Shown here: positions 39,463-49,389 of the stretch, in pieces
Position numbering within the stretch: the first letter of the stretch is position 1
Layout: every line of letters starts with the position of its first letter
DNA from: Giardia intestinalis
Taxonomy: Eukaryota
Length of the DNA: 64,000 nucleotides
Assembly (NCBI GenBank): GCA_000002435.2
Contig: CM018789.1
Direction: 5' to 3' (one strand)
The notes under the pieces: model-generated
What the model saw: the letters and a program-made list of their open reading frames with translations, nothing else
Databases searched by the model: none
Told to the model about the DNA's origin: nothing
Program-made: the position numbers and the translations under genes

Positions 39463-42400
39463 TCAATTCATGAACTGATAGGTGTGGGTTGCGTATATGT
39501 CCGGTTTGCCACTCTGTGTGACGTCGAAGGGTCCAAGCGCAGAGATCTCGTCGTAATCAGCGTCTTCGCCGTCGGAGTCAGAAAGACCGAGAGTACCCAG
39601 GAACTCGCCCCTGTCGCTACGGTCCAGAACGACAATAGGCTTAGCCCCAGTACTGCGCCATAGGGATCGGCAATCGTGGCGAAGCTCCACAAGGCCTTTT
39701 GTTGTGTTAAAGCCGGGAGCGTTTAGTTCGGCCTTTCTTCGCAGGACCTCGGCACGTGCTGCCAGTGAAATGAGAGTGGTGGTGGAGGGGTCGAGAATCT
39801 TGATGCTGTAGAAGGTCTGGTCATTGTACACAGACGAGACGCTTGCGCAGCTACCGAGAAACGCGTCAGCGCTCCCCTTCCACAGGTCTGAGACCTGCTC
39901 TAAAAACCGTGACGTGCCTGTGTAAGATGGTATGAGACTGGAGTAGACGGCGCTACAGATGGACTCGGATGTCGGAATCATCTTTCCATAGTACTTCTTG
40001 GAGAAGTATGCAGTATTGGGGTCAATCGCGTTGAAGTTAGACATGATTGGAGCAGCATAGTGCGAGACCATTAAGACCTGTTGTCCATTGACGGGGATAT
40101 ATGTGAGGTCATGCTCGTCTTCGATTCCACGTTCTAGAATAGTTGATTCTTTAAGCACAGAGTATCTGTTAAGATTCTTAGGATCTCCTGTTGTAATCAA
40201 GTGCGAGGCAAGCGTCGATCCCTCGATAAGAGACGTAGTCGGCAGCGCCTCGCCAATCTCATCTCCCAGAAGCTGTATGGAAATCATGTCCTCCTCGAGA
40301 CGAATGCGGCGTGGTGCAGCCACAGAGTTTGCTCTTGCTGCCCTGAGAATAGAGTTAGACGGATACCTGTTTGCTTGCTCCGTCGCACTAGCACCAGGAT
40401 TACATGGAGAAAACGATTTCATGTGTGCAAAGAAGTCTTGGCATGAGGAACTTCGGGCCAGATTAACCTGCTGAGACACAGTTTCAAAATACGCATCGAG
40501 GGCTTCGTCGGCGAGAGCTGCTGCACTCAGCATCAGTCCTGTGTTAGCGTTTTCGCTTTTGACGGTATCTTCCACAAAGCCGGAGGCCGTACCTGCCCCA
40601 GAGAGCTCATGAGCGACGATGGCACTTTCAACAGCAGAGTTTGCCCGCTTACTCCGCCCAATCATGGAGACATGATCTGCATAGACTTTGGCGGCATTCT
40701 TTGGTTCGCTTAGGATTGTGAAGCAATGGAGTTCTGCGTCCAAGGACTTGGAAATAGCAACGATCACTTCGTCCGGAATAACGTTCGTCACTTCGCCCAG
40801 ATTGTTGATAGCTAGTATCACGTCTGATGCTTGCATAAGGTTAACGCAGTTAGTACATATAGCGCGCAGTATGTCAAGGGGAATGGCTGCAAGAGAGCTC
40901 AGCAGAGAGATGTCAATCTTAGCTGCAGGAATCGCAGTGAGTATTCTCTTGATATTATCGTTATAATTGAAAGTGTTCTTCTGCAGAGCCCCAGCGGTTC
41001 CATAACCTGTCATTGAGGTGCCTCCTAGCGCACTTCCCATCGCGCTATGGTGACGGCTAGCTGCGGAGACGTTGGCTGTCCGGGTCACTCTGGATGCTTG
41101 TTCAAGGGTGGACTGTGCGCTTGGGCCTCCCATCAAGCCAGAAAGCAGGGTGTGATCTGTGCTCTCATACGCATTACGATCGATGACTACGCCATCCGCA
41201 TTGCGCTCCACAAAGGTAATTTCCGACTGTCCACTGAGGAGAGATTTTTCAATGGACTTCGCATAGGCCCTGCTAAATTCTATCGCGTTGACACGACCTA
41301 TATCAAATCCAGACGAAATGTGGCTCTGCTGAATGAATTCGTTCTCCAAGTCATTAAAGCCGTCAACAAACATGCGTCCATTTGCATGATCGTACCAGTA
41401 AAGTCGCGGTATCTGCAAGCGGCTAGTTCCTGAAAGTCTTGCGTCATATGTATTAAGCTCGTTGGACGTTTCCTCATCGGCACCATCTTCACTTGCTTGA
41501 GGTGTACGGGTCTCCTTAGATTTGGAAGGCGCAGTAGCAAGGTTTTCAAGCCGCGCCCTGAGCCACTCTGCCGTAGTGGCTGTGAAAACGTCGTCCAGCT
41601 CACTTTTCCCAAAGACCGTCTTCGCCATTTCAATGAGTTCAGCATCTGTAATATGCCTCTGTTCTCTAATTTCTAAAATGTTTTTCGCTAATTTGACGAG
41701 CATACCTGTTTGCGGAATATGACCAACTTCGACATCAATGATATCCTGACGAAGCAGCTTGAAATCGAGCCCTGTAATGGGGGTAACATGGTAGCATTGC
41801 CTCTGCTTTATGGTGGGTGAACCAGAAGAAAGCCCTACATTGAGGTCAGGATTAAGCGTTTCATAGTCTGCTCCGCCAGCAGACACAGACAGATTCGGGT
41901 CTTCCTCACGCGCTTCCTGCTTCCTGCAGCTGATTCTCGCTCTGTATCGCTCATACCGGTGATACTTTAGCTCGGCTGTAACGTGTATATAGCGACTGCC
42001 GGAGAGGAAGGGCGTCTCGTCACAGAGCCTGCGAACAACGTGTTCCTGCTGAAGATCTAACTCATCATCTGACTCATATGTCGCGAGGTAGCTTGTCGAC
42101 TTGTGCTGGAGGTGTGCCGGTAAAACGTAATCCGATTTGTTCATTGATATCATGTGTGACCCAAACTTCACCTGCTCTGCGCCTGCCTGCTGTCCTTTGG
42201 CGCGCTGCTTGTCAACATTGGCCAGAAGGCCTGCCGAGAGATGAGCAGATCCGGCTGCCCCAGAAGAATCACCAGAGATAGATCCACCATACGCCCGCCA
42301 GAGAACAGTGGCCATACTCACTCGTATGAGTTGCGTAAAGTCCTCCTCCTCAAAGAGAAACTGAGTGTGTGTGCGTGGATCAATGATCAACTTGGGTATT

Positions 42401-45400
42401 GTATACTCCTGCTCTGATGGAAGCTTCGGGAAAAGGTAATAGCTGCCATTGTTGTCGATAGATACCTTGTTAATCGAGGACGCTCCAGAAACAGACGTGG
42501 AGACCCCCGAGTCCTTGCCTTGTGCAAGCGCGTCCATATATGTGTGGATGTCTACTCCGCAGCATCGCGCCATTATCGAATTGCGTACCCACTTGACACG
42601 ATTAACATCTAGCATGATGCCCGTGAGAAGTATGGAGCCCGCCGACGCCTTTATCCGCTTATAGCCAGTCTTTCGAGACCCGCTACCTGTTAGAAACTGT
42701 TCAAACGAAAGCTGCCTACGGTGGGCGTTATCTTCTCGCCACTTTAAATATGTATTGGTCTTGCAATTCGGAGACAGTGCACGTGGAATATCTGAGACAT
42801 CGATAACTAGGTCGCCACAGAGGGATTTCAAGAGGTCATTGACTATTCCTGCGACAAATTCATAGGTACAGCCCAGCTCTGCAGCGATGGTGATAATGAT
42901 GCTGCTAAGCTGTACGCCAATGGCAGATATACGCTCAAACTGAAGGGAGAGGTAGCGAAGCTCGTCGATCATGGCGTTAGACTCGCCATTCTCTGTAAGC
43001 CCCGAGACCTGAGCCATATACGACTTGTAGTTTTTCAGGTGTTCAGCAGACGACACATGTGTCCTGTAGTTGTCATACTTAACGTTGCAGACAGCACAAT
43101 CACCGCCAGTTCGATCCTCCTCTACTCGAACTCTATTATACTTCTCCCTATTCAGCGAGTTGTAGGTTAGGTTGTAAGTCAGATTGACATTATTATAAAA
43201 GTCTATCAAGAGTGCAAAATTAGCCTTGGACGTAGCGCTACATGTACCTCCCGGCCCGCCACCACCGTTGACCAAAGCTGGACTGAACTGGCTCATTGCT
43301 GGAACGTGAGACGTCAAAAAGTGAGCCAAGATTGTGCCTTGTGTGTTGGTTCCATTAGCATTGTTTGTATCGTTTCTGGCCGAAAGTTCAAGGCGCTGAT
43401 AATCATTAGCTATTGCGCCCTTCAAATGATAGGGGTAGAAGAGATTATTCAGACCTAGGGATGTATTGAAGATAAGGGTGTGTGTAAAGCTACGGTGAGG
43501 GAAGGGATTAAAACGAGCAACGAGGCTCATGAAATCTGCCAGGCTTATAAGTTGCTCAAATGTCGTCCGGTTCCTTCCCGAGACGGGTATAAAGAGTTGA
43601 TACGTGATTGCGTTGGATAGTGGCCTGATGCTGATCACGTCGTCTTTCAGTGAAGGGCAGTCGGGGCTCTGTGTGTACAGGGCGATAGAGGGCTGGACCT
43701 TATGATAGGGAGACTTTGAGAGCAGAATCTGCTCATCGAAGTCCATAATCGATGTCGCGTCGTGCTCTGCACCTGGTCGAGGAATCATAGACTGCCGTAA
43801 CAGATGAAGGAAGCGATACGTATAGAGACGTGTAAGCCCGGAAGTGGTCAATGAAACACCTTGTGGAGCGCCGCTTCCGAATACGTTCTTCCCGACTCGG
43901 CGGTCATCAGCAACGGTGGATTCCACCAGTGCAAGATAAGACTCTACAAATCCATCCACAAGACCATCAATTCGCCAAGAAATAGAGTTAAGAGCCACCT
44001 GATTTGCCAAGATAAAATCTTCTGCCATATTATCACAATCTGCGTCAAGAATCTTCTGGATATAGAGTAGAACAGTTTCAGAAAGCCCATTCTGGGCACA
44101 GAACTGTCCCATCTTTTCAGTTAGAACGACGGCCTGTCGGTATCTTGAGAAGTTCTCTTGGCAGGGTTTTTGATTTAGGTATGCCATGTAATCAAGAAAC
44201 TCGTTTAGAATAACAAAAGGGAGGGTGGTCAGATACGCAATGGTCGTGACGTAGTTGTCCATGTCTGCCTGGGTAATGTACAGGCGCCGCATATACGCAT
44301 AAGACCATTTTGCTGCGCCCCCTTGCGCTGCACCGCTAGTTGGGACAGTGACTATTGGTGCGGCTGGGCCCCCAATGTTCTTGACCGTCAAGTTAAAGGT
44401 GGAGTCTGGAGAAGGGCTCTTCAACCGAATGGCCAAAAGGAGGATCAGATCAGAGAAGGATGTAACGAAGGTAGTGTGATGGAGTGCATAGGCAAGGCTG
44501 TTTGAAGGAAGATCTGCACCTATGAAAGGATTGGTTGCTGCACCATTTGAACCAGGCACTTCTGATGAGGCTCCCTTGTCCCCCTGCCTGCCTACGTCTA
44601 TGGTGTGGCCAGCGATAATGTGCCGAAACGTCTCGTAGTTGATAGATACGCGTCCACTCTTAAGAGACTCTATTTCCTCGACAATCAGCTTCTGGGCACG
44701 AAGAGAGTGCTTCCAGGCGCTGACCAAGAGCTGAGACAGCGCATGGACAGCCTTAGCAATGTACGCCTCATATTGTCGGTAAGTCGTGGCTAAATCTGTG
44801 GCGCCCGACAGGAGGTACTTGTCTTGTAGAATACAGCTTGTCTGAGATGTGTAGTCTCCACGAATAAGTAGGCGGCCACACGGGCTATTGTCTACCTGCA
44901 AAGAATACATTGGCCTGATTTCATTGACGTAAAACCAGGCATTAGTGGGATCGTCGCAGAGGTCTAACGACAAGGTAACGGGTTCGTATACTGTCGCCAG
45001 TCTATCGGCGAAGTAGTGGAGAAGCACAACCCCGTTAGATATCCCACTAGTGTTGTACTCCATCGTCGCATCAATGTTCTTGGGAGCGAAGTAGTGGAAA
45101 AAATCCTGGATGTGCAGAGAGAGCATCGGCCATCCTCCCCCGACAGTTGTGTTGAGGATCTGATTTATCAAAGATAGGACGTTCGTCTGAAAGGCCTGGT
45201 TGCTGGCAGAGATCTGCTTCTGTGCCTGACTAGAAACCTCAGTCACATGCTGCGCTACAGACTGGTGACGAGTGCTGAGAAGGTGCTGGAGGGTAGATAG
45301 TATAGATGAAGATATAGTTGATAAGGGGCGGGGAACATCTGCACCTGACCCCCCTGGCAGGGCGCTATTAGACGGAGAATGAGGGACAGTGGGTGCGTAC

Positions 45401-46005
45401 CCACTTTGCTCCACAAGGCTAGCCAAAGATGAAACTATGTTACCGTGGTAGTTAGTAAAGGCGTCTGCACAATCAGAAACGGCCTTCTTGATCATGTCGT
45501 GGCCAGCTTTCGACCCTGTATGGAGGGCCGGATCAGTGTAGAAATTCTTTGTGCCGGCAGAGCCAAATTTTGCCGCCCAGACTAATGTAATATGCTTGAG
45601 CCTGTGGATCATAATCTCGGAGAGCGTTCCAATGCGCACAGACGTCTTTGCTTTTAAGTCATCAACAAAGCTCTCGCAATTCTTCAAGACCCTCAGCATC
45701 TCAGCGTCTGTTAGCACCTTGTAGTCGAGTCCGACAAACTGATTGCTCTGAACTGTCTGAATCGCCGCTTCTGTGGAAACAATTACGAAGATGGAGCGGA
45801 GGGTATGCCTCTTGGAGATCAAGGCTTCAGAAAGCAGCATTGGTAGATCGTAAATGAAGACTCTTGGTACATTATTTGTTTGAAGCATTTGCTTCGTCTG
45901 CTTGCGCTCGTGGGTAGCCGCCGCGTCATCGTACAATACGTATGCGTAATCCGCCACAAGATCCAGGAAATGACGGGGCGAAAAACTCCTTTTCAGTACA
46001 CTCAT
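39463..46005 (-). CDS. Giant lineage-specific protein, about 2180 aa, with one C2H2 (U1/matrin-like) zinc finger
   Basis: A continuous 6.5-kb ORF with CAVCNVKYDNYRTHVSSAEHLKNYKSY internal. The track start at 46044 directly abuts an in-frame TAG. Its first 13 codons are an AT-rich promoter-like tract (atgagtttcaaatttagaataaaaaaggaaagg), so the start is moved to the next ATG (MSVLKRSF). Confidence 0.65.
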   Translation of the reverse strand: MSVLKRSFSPRHFLDLVADYAYVLYDDAAATHERKQTKQMLQTNNVPRVFIYDLPMLLSEALISKRHTLRSIFVIVSTEAAIQTVQSNQFVGLDYKVLTDAEMLRVLKNCESFVDDLKAKTSVRIGTLSEIMIHRLKHITLVWAAKFGSAGTKNFYTDPALHTGSKAGHDMIKKAVSDCADAFTNYHGNIVSSLASLVEQSGYAPTVPHSPSNSALPGGSGADVPRPLSTISSSILSTLQHLLSTRHQSVAQHVTEVSSQAQKQISASNQAFQTNVLSLINQILNTTVGGGWPMLSLHIQDFFHYFAPKNIDATMEYNTSGISNGVVLLHYFADRLATVYEPVTLSLDLCDDPTNAWFYVNEIRPMYSLQVDNSPCGRLLIRGDYTSQTSCILQDKYLLSGATDLATTYRQYEAYIAKAVHALSQLLVSAWKHSLRAQKLIVEEIESLKSGRVSINYETFRHIIAGHTIDVGRQGDKGASSEVPGSNGAATNPFIGADLPSNSLAYALHHTTFVTSFSDLILLLAIRLKSPSPDSTFNLTVKNIGGPAAPIVTVPTSGAAQGGAAKWSYAYMRRLYITQADMDNYVTTIAYLTTLPFVILNEFLDYMAYLNQKPCQENFSRYRQAVVLTEKMGQFCAQNGLSETVLLYIQKILDADCDNMAEDFILANQVALNSISWRIDGLVDGFVESYLALVESTVADDRRVGKNVFGSGAPQGVSLTTSGLTRLYTYRFLHLLRQSMIPRPGAEHDATSIMDFDEQILLSKSPYHKVQPSIALYTQSPDCPSLKDDVISIRPLSNAITYQLFIPVSGRNRTTFEQLISLADFMSLVARFNPFPHRSFTHTLIFNTSLGLNNLFYPYHLKGAIANDYQRLELSARNDTNNANGTNTQGTILAHFLTSHVPAMSQFSPALVNGGGGPGGTCSATSKANFALLIDFYNNVNLTYNLTYNSLNREKYNRVRVEEDRTGGDCAVCNVKYDNYRTHVSSAEHLKNYKSYMAQVSGLTENGESNAMIDELRYLSLQFERISAIGVQLSSIIITIAAELGCTYEFVAGIVNDLLKSLCGDLVIDVSDIPRALSPNCKTNTYLKWREDNAHRRQLSFEQFLTGSGSRKTGYKRIKASAGSILLTGIMLDVNRVKWVRNSIMARCCGVDIHTYMDALAQGKDSGVSTSVSGASSINKVSIDNNGSYYLFPKLPSEQEYTIPKLIIDPRTHTQFLFEEEDFTQLIRVSMATVLWRAYGGSISGDSSGAAGSAHLSAGLLANVDKQRAKGQQAGAEQVKFGSHMISMNKSDYVLPAHLQHKSTSYLATYESDDELDLQQEHVVRRLCDETPFLSGSRYIHVTAELKYHRYERYRARISCRKQEAREEDPNLSVSAGGADYETLNPDLNVGLSSGSPTIKQRQCYHVTPITGLDFKLLRQDIIDVEVGHIPQTGMLVKLAKNILEIREQRHITDAELIEMAKTVFGKSELDDVFTATTAEWLRARLENLATAPSKSKETRTPQASEDGADEETSNELNTYDARLSGTSRLQIPRLYWYDHANGRMFVDGFNDLENEFIQQSHISSGFDIGRVNAIEFSRAYAKSIEKSLLSGQSEITFVERNADGVVIDRNAYESTDHTLLSGLMGGPSAQSTLEQASRVTRTANVSAASRHHSAMGSALGGTSMTGYGTAGALQKNTFNYNDNIKRILTAIPAAKIDISLLSSLAAIPLDILRAICTNCVNLMQASDVILAINNLGEVTNVIPDEVIVAISKSLDAELHCFTILSEPKNAAKVYADHVSMIGRSKRANSAVESAIVAHELSGAGTASGFVEDTVKSENANTGLMLSAAALADEALDAYFETVSQQVNLARSSSCQDFFAHMKSFSPCNPGASATEQANRYPSNSILRAARANSVAAPRRIRLEEDMISIQLLGDEIGEALPTTSLIEGSTLASHLITTGDPKNLNRYSVLKESTILERGIEDEHDLTYIPVNGQQVLMVSHYAAPIMSNFNAIDPNTAYFSKKYYGKMIPTSESICSAVYSSLIPSYTGTSRFLEQVSDLWKGSADAFLGSCASVSSVYNDQTFYSIKILDPSTTTLISLAARAEVLRRKAELNAPGFNTTKGLVELRHDCRSLWRSTGAKPIVVLDRSDRGEFLGTLGLSDSDGEDADYDEISALGPFDVTQSGKPDIYATHTYQFMN

Positions 46006-46044
46006 CGCTATCCTTTCCTTTTTTATTCTAAATTTGAAACTCAT
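46006..46044 (-). promoter_or_regulatory. AT-rich initiator element of the giant gene (between the upstream TAG and the preferred ATG)
   Basis: The minus-strand sequence ATGAGTTTCAAATTTAGAATAAAAAAGGAAAGGATAGCG immediately precedes ATGAGTGTACTG. Confidence 0.45.
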
Positions 46045-46623
46045 CTATTTACATGGAGAAGCGACTGGGAGGTCCTCCTCTGCCCGGGCATCACTAGCAT
46101 GTGCTAGAAACTGCGAATCGAACTGCCTAACCTCCTCCAGAGCATCTTTGTATTCCGCTGCGGCCCGCTCGTCGTCACTATCGTCAACAACACCATCTTC
46201 AAGAAGTAGCTGAGCCCTCATATTCATCTCTGTGGACCAATTATCGTAGAGCGGCTGCTCGCCTCTTGCTTCGTCATTTTCCTCTATGCCATCAAAAATT
46301 GGATTGCTAAGGCAGAGACCAATTCGCGCTTTTACCGCCTCACACTCTGCCTGAAGCTTCAGCCTTGCCTCCTTTGCGTCAGCAAGTTTTTTCAACCCTG
46401 CGTCGAAATCAGGCACCTTTTTATGCGCAATCGCGCGTTTGAGTCTTTCGTTCCCGTTGTCCTTCTCATCGACTGTCTCTGGCAGTGGTTCGCTCGAGTC
46501 TTTCCGTCCTTCACGGACCAGTGCTTCAAACTCAGCGGCCTCCTTCCGCAACGCAGTCACCTTTCGGTTCAGTTCCTCCCGCGTAAATGATACTGGCACC
46601 TGAGGCTCCTCCACGGGTTGCAT
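46045..46623 (-). CDS. Hypothetical acidic coiled-coil protein, 192 aa
   Basis: ATG ORF. Its 5' 92 bp overlap the 3' end of the upstream kinase gene. It ends with a TAG that is in frame with the downstream giant ORF. Confidence 0.45.
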   Translation of the reverse strand: MQPVEEPQVPVSFTREELNRKVTALRKEAAEFEALVREGRKDSSEPLPETVDEKDNGNERLKRAIAHKKVPDFDAGLKKLADAKEARLKLQAECEAVKARIGLCLSNPIFDGIEENDEARGEQPLYDNWSTEMNMRAQLLLEDGVVDDSDDERAAAEYKDALEEVRQFDSQFLAHASDARAEEDLPVASPCK

Positions 46624-48292
46624 AGGTCTGCTCTAAAACTACCTCCTTTTCAGATTGAATTTTTCTTCCAGCATCTGACAACTCTGGCTGGACGCAAAGT
46701 CCTCTACTTAAAAGGTCCTCTCGGGGCTCTGGACAGAGGATTACATAATCCATAATAAGAGACCATACATATGAGGCATTTTGGACACCAGCGTTGGATA
46801 GGGCGATCTGAATAAGATCAAATTCATCAGACAGTTGAAAGCACGATGCACGCTCTCTCCCAAATGAGTCACTAATAAGATCGTCTTGTTGAGCTAGCGG
46901 AGAACTAACCTCTGAGAACATGGACTTCCCAGCAGTAATTGTGACCAACTCCGTGTACATCGACGACCAAATAGCCTTGAATTCTTCTGGTGACTCAATG
47001 TATTTAAGCGCCAATCTAATCAGCCAATCCAGGAGTCTAGGACAAAGATTCATGGCCTCTATCTCTCCACACAGAGACATAACAAACGGATCTGAATGAA
47101 CCGTTGCATGATCACTGGTAAAATACACTGTGCGAGAAGTTATCTTCGTCACCCCTTCGGGCGTCAATGATGAGGATGGTCCGGTCCCGGTTTGAGCAGC
47201 TGCTAAAGTGAGTAAGGTCTTCTCTGTATATGCACGATGGAGCTTTGTAAACCCGCTGGCTGTTTCTTCGCGTATGAAAAAGGGTACCTCCTGGTTATTC
47301 AATGATGAAAAGAGGGGCGTCACCGATAGAAAACTCCTCACTGGAGGCAAACACATAAAAGCCCTGAGTCGTGCGCGAACAGCATCGTGATCAGTGGAGC
47401 GAGAACTATAATATGCTTCAATGGCCTCGTCCGTGCTGAAATACAGAAGAAACTCCGCATAACGGGGGTCGTGCCCACTGAGAGCGTCTAGAAGGTCGAT
47501 ATGGTAGTTCTGCAAGTAATGTGTGAGAGAGGCAGAGTTGGTGAATTGAAAGAATGACGTTAGGTCACCCAAGATGGAGATGCTAACGAGAGTGGCTGCC
47601 CAGATATCTGTGCACTGGCTCACGACTGGGGTGCCGTCTCGAAAGTAAGGTAGATAGCTTCGTGTCACACCGTGGTGACCCTCTGCTGGAACTTGTTGTA
47701 AAGACGCTGCATCATACCTTTGAAAATGTGTGCTCCCAAAGTCTCCTAGTTTCTGGTCCCGGTCTTGATCCAGAAAGCAGTTGCTCCTCTTCACGTCTCC
47801 GTGTACGAAGAAAAGAGACGAGTAAGGGAGAGTGTGGAGGTAATGAAGCACACTAAAAAGCTGTGCAACGATGCGACCTGCGGTGTATGCAGTGAATACG
47901 CCAGTGTAGTGGTCAAGGTCGTAGTACTTACAGTGCTCAAGAAGGATCTTTAGCTCGCTCCCCTCCTGTGAGGTACAAAGACAGCGGACCAAATTGGGAT
48001 GCTGGAGAGCTTGGTGAAACATAAATTCCCTTACTGCCTCTTGCTGTTGCTGCTTAGAACCGAAGTAAAGGGTCTTCATAACGACCGGATAGCTCTTTGC
48101 TCTCCGAGCTGGATCACCAAAAACAGCTATTCCTTCCTCTACGCGACGGTTTTGGTTGATAGATAGAAGTCTCGACGATGTAAATCGTATACCTTGGCCG
48201 GTGTCATCGTCTGTATCAAAAGTAGCACAGTCCATAGGATGCTTGTTCTCGAAGAGACGAATAGTCTCTCTCTGATACCGAAAGCTTTGCAT
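46532..48292 (-). CDS. Ser/Thr protein kinase (non-RD, HGD catalytic loop) with a long C-terminal extension, 586 aa
   Basis: VAIK-type Lys (VVMKTL), alphaC Glu, catalytic loop FFVHGDVKRSNCFL (HGD instead of HRD, Lys and Asn retained), KLGDFG, and subdomain IX DIWAATLV. Confidence 0.8.
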   Translation of the reverse strand: MQSFRYQRETIRLFENKHPMDCATFDTDDDTGQGIRFTSSRLLSINQNRRVEEGIAVFGDPARRAKSYPVVMKTLYFGSKQQQQEAVREFMFHQALQHPNLVRCLCTSQEGSELKILLEHCKYYDLDHYTGVFTAYTAGRIVAQLFSVLHYLHTLPYSSLFFVHGDVKRSNCFLDQDRDQKLGDFGSTHFQRYDAASLQQVPAEGHHGVTRSYLPYFRDGTPVVSQCTDIWAATLVSISILGDLTSFFQFTNSASLTHYLQNYHIDLLDALSGHDPRYAEFLLYFSTDEAIEAYYSSRSTDHDAVRARLRAFMCLPPVRSFLSVTPLFSSLNNQEVPFFIREETASGFTKLHRAYTEKTLLTLAAAQTGTGPSSSLTPEGVTKITSRTVYFTSDHATVHSDPFVMSLCGEIEAMNLCPRLLDWLIRLALKYIESPEEFKAIWSSMYTELVTITAGKSMFSEVSSPLAQQDDLISDSFGRERASCFQLSDEFDLIQIALSNAGVQNASYVWSLIMDYVILCPEPREDLLSRGLCVQPELSDAGRKIQSEKEVVLEQTYATRGGASGASIIYAGGTEPKGDCVAEGGR

Positions 48293-48340
48293 GCGTCTTC
48301 AAAGTCAGATTGATTACGCTGCGTCTTAGCTTGTCTGTGA

Positions 48341-49345
48341 TTGAAAAGAAGAGAAGCCCTGAAAAATAAAAGAAGCAACCATCATACAAGTACTACAAGA
48401 GTTATGAGAGAAAGAGCAGAAAACTCCAATGCTGGGCATGCAGGCGGTAATCCTCCTCAGAAGCTGTGGAGCCCTAAACGGCTTATTATGATTTGTGTAA
48501 CATTTGGCGCGTTCATAGGTTTCCTGGGTGGCTACCTGGCCAGCAACGTGACCTACGAGACATCAATTTATATCAGGCCGAACACAACCCTATTTTTGAC
48601 CCCTCCTGGCGTCAACACTGAGCTGGGTATCATAGGAGTGTCTGACTGCGTCGAGATCTATGAAAATGTTCGGACAGTCAGCGAGTATTCACTACAATAT
48701 GGCTCTTACGAGACCCTTTCTCTGAGCCGAAACATCTCTATGTTGACCAACGACACCATAGTGCTTGGTCAGCTCCAGGGGATTGTTTCTGTTAAGTTCA
48801 TGCTCCTTGACGTCAACCACTGCATGCTAGGGTTGGGTGTACCATTAACCCTGAGGAATGAGCAACTGGAGTTCTCCTACTTTCCGTATATCTCCGAATA
48901 CAGAAGTGTTTTGCGGCCCAATGAGCCTCAGATCTACAATCTGTCTGGCACTATTGATGAGTACTTTAAAATGCTTGCTGTTGTGAACCCGGTGGTGATA
49001 CCGAAGAAAGGTAGGGCAAAACTATCTTCAATGGTGGAGGACTGCGTATATTCTCTTGTAATTATTGTCGAAACCACCTCTTACAGCATGACGAATGTCC
49101 CGCACAGATCCATTTTGTATCCATCCACCGTGGATAAAAATAAAAAATTCAAGACACCGATTGCCTTACGTTCTCTGAGTCCGCTGAGCGAACAAACAGT
49201 TGTAACGCTAGAGATGTGCGCCACTGCACACCAACTGAATTATCGCACGCAGCTATTGTCTCTGGCGATAGCTTCTTTTATTATATTTCTTATTATATGT
49301 ATCTATGCGCTTTGTGGACATTGTCGCAATAAAGAAAAAGCGTGA
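48341..49345 (+). CDS. Hypothetical type-I-like membrane protein, 334 aa
   Basis: N-terminal hydrophobic segment (LIMICVTFGAFIGFLGGYLASNV) and a C-terminal TM (LLSLAIASFIIFLIICIYALC) with a short basic tail. Confidence 0.5.
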   Translation: MKRREALKNKRSNHHTSTTRVMRERAENSNAGHAGGNPPQKLWSPKRLIMICVTFGAFIGFLGGYLASNVTYETSIYIRPNTTLFLTPPGVNTELGIIGVSDCVEIYENVRTVSEYSLQYGSYETLSLSRNISMLTNDTIVLGQLQGIVSVKFMLLDVNHCMLGLGVPLTLRNEQLEFSYFPYISEYRSVLRPNEPQIYNLSGTIDEYFKMLAVVNPVVIPKKGRAKLSSMVEDCVYSLVIIVETTSYSMTNVPHRSILYPSTVDKNKKFKTPIALRSLSPLSEQTVVTLEMCATAHQLNYRTQLLSLAIASFIIFLIICIYALCGHCRNKEKA

Positions 49346-49389
49346 GCAGAGGATCTACGCACGGCTACTTTCTATATGCCAATGACATG

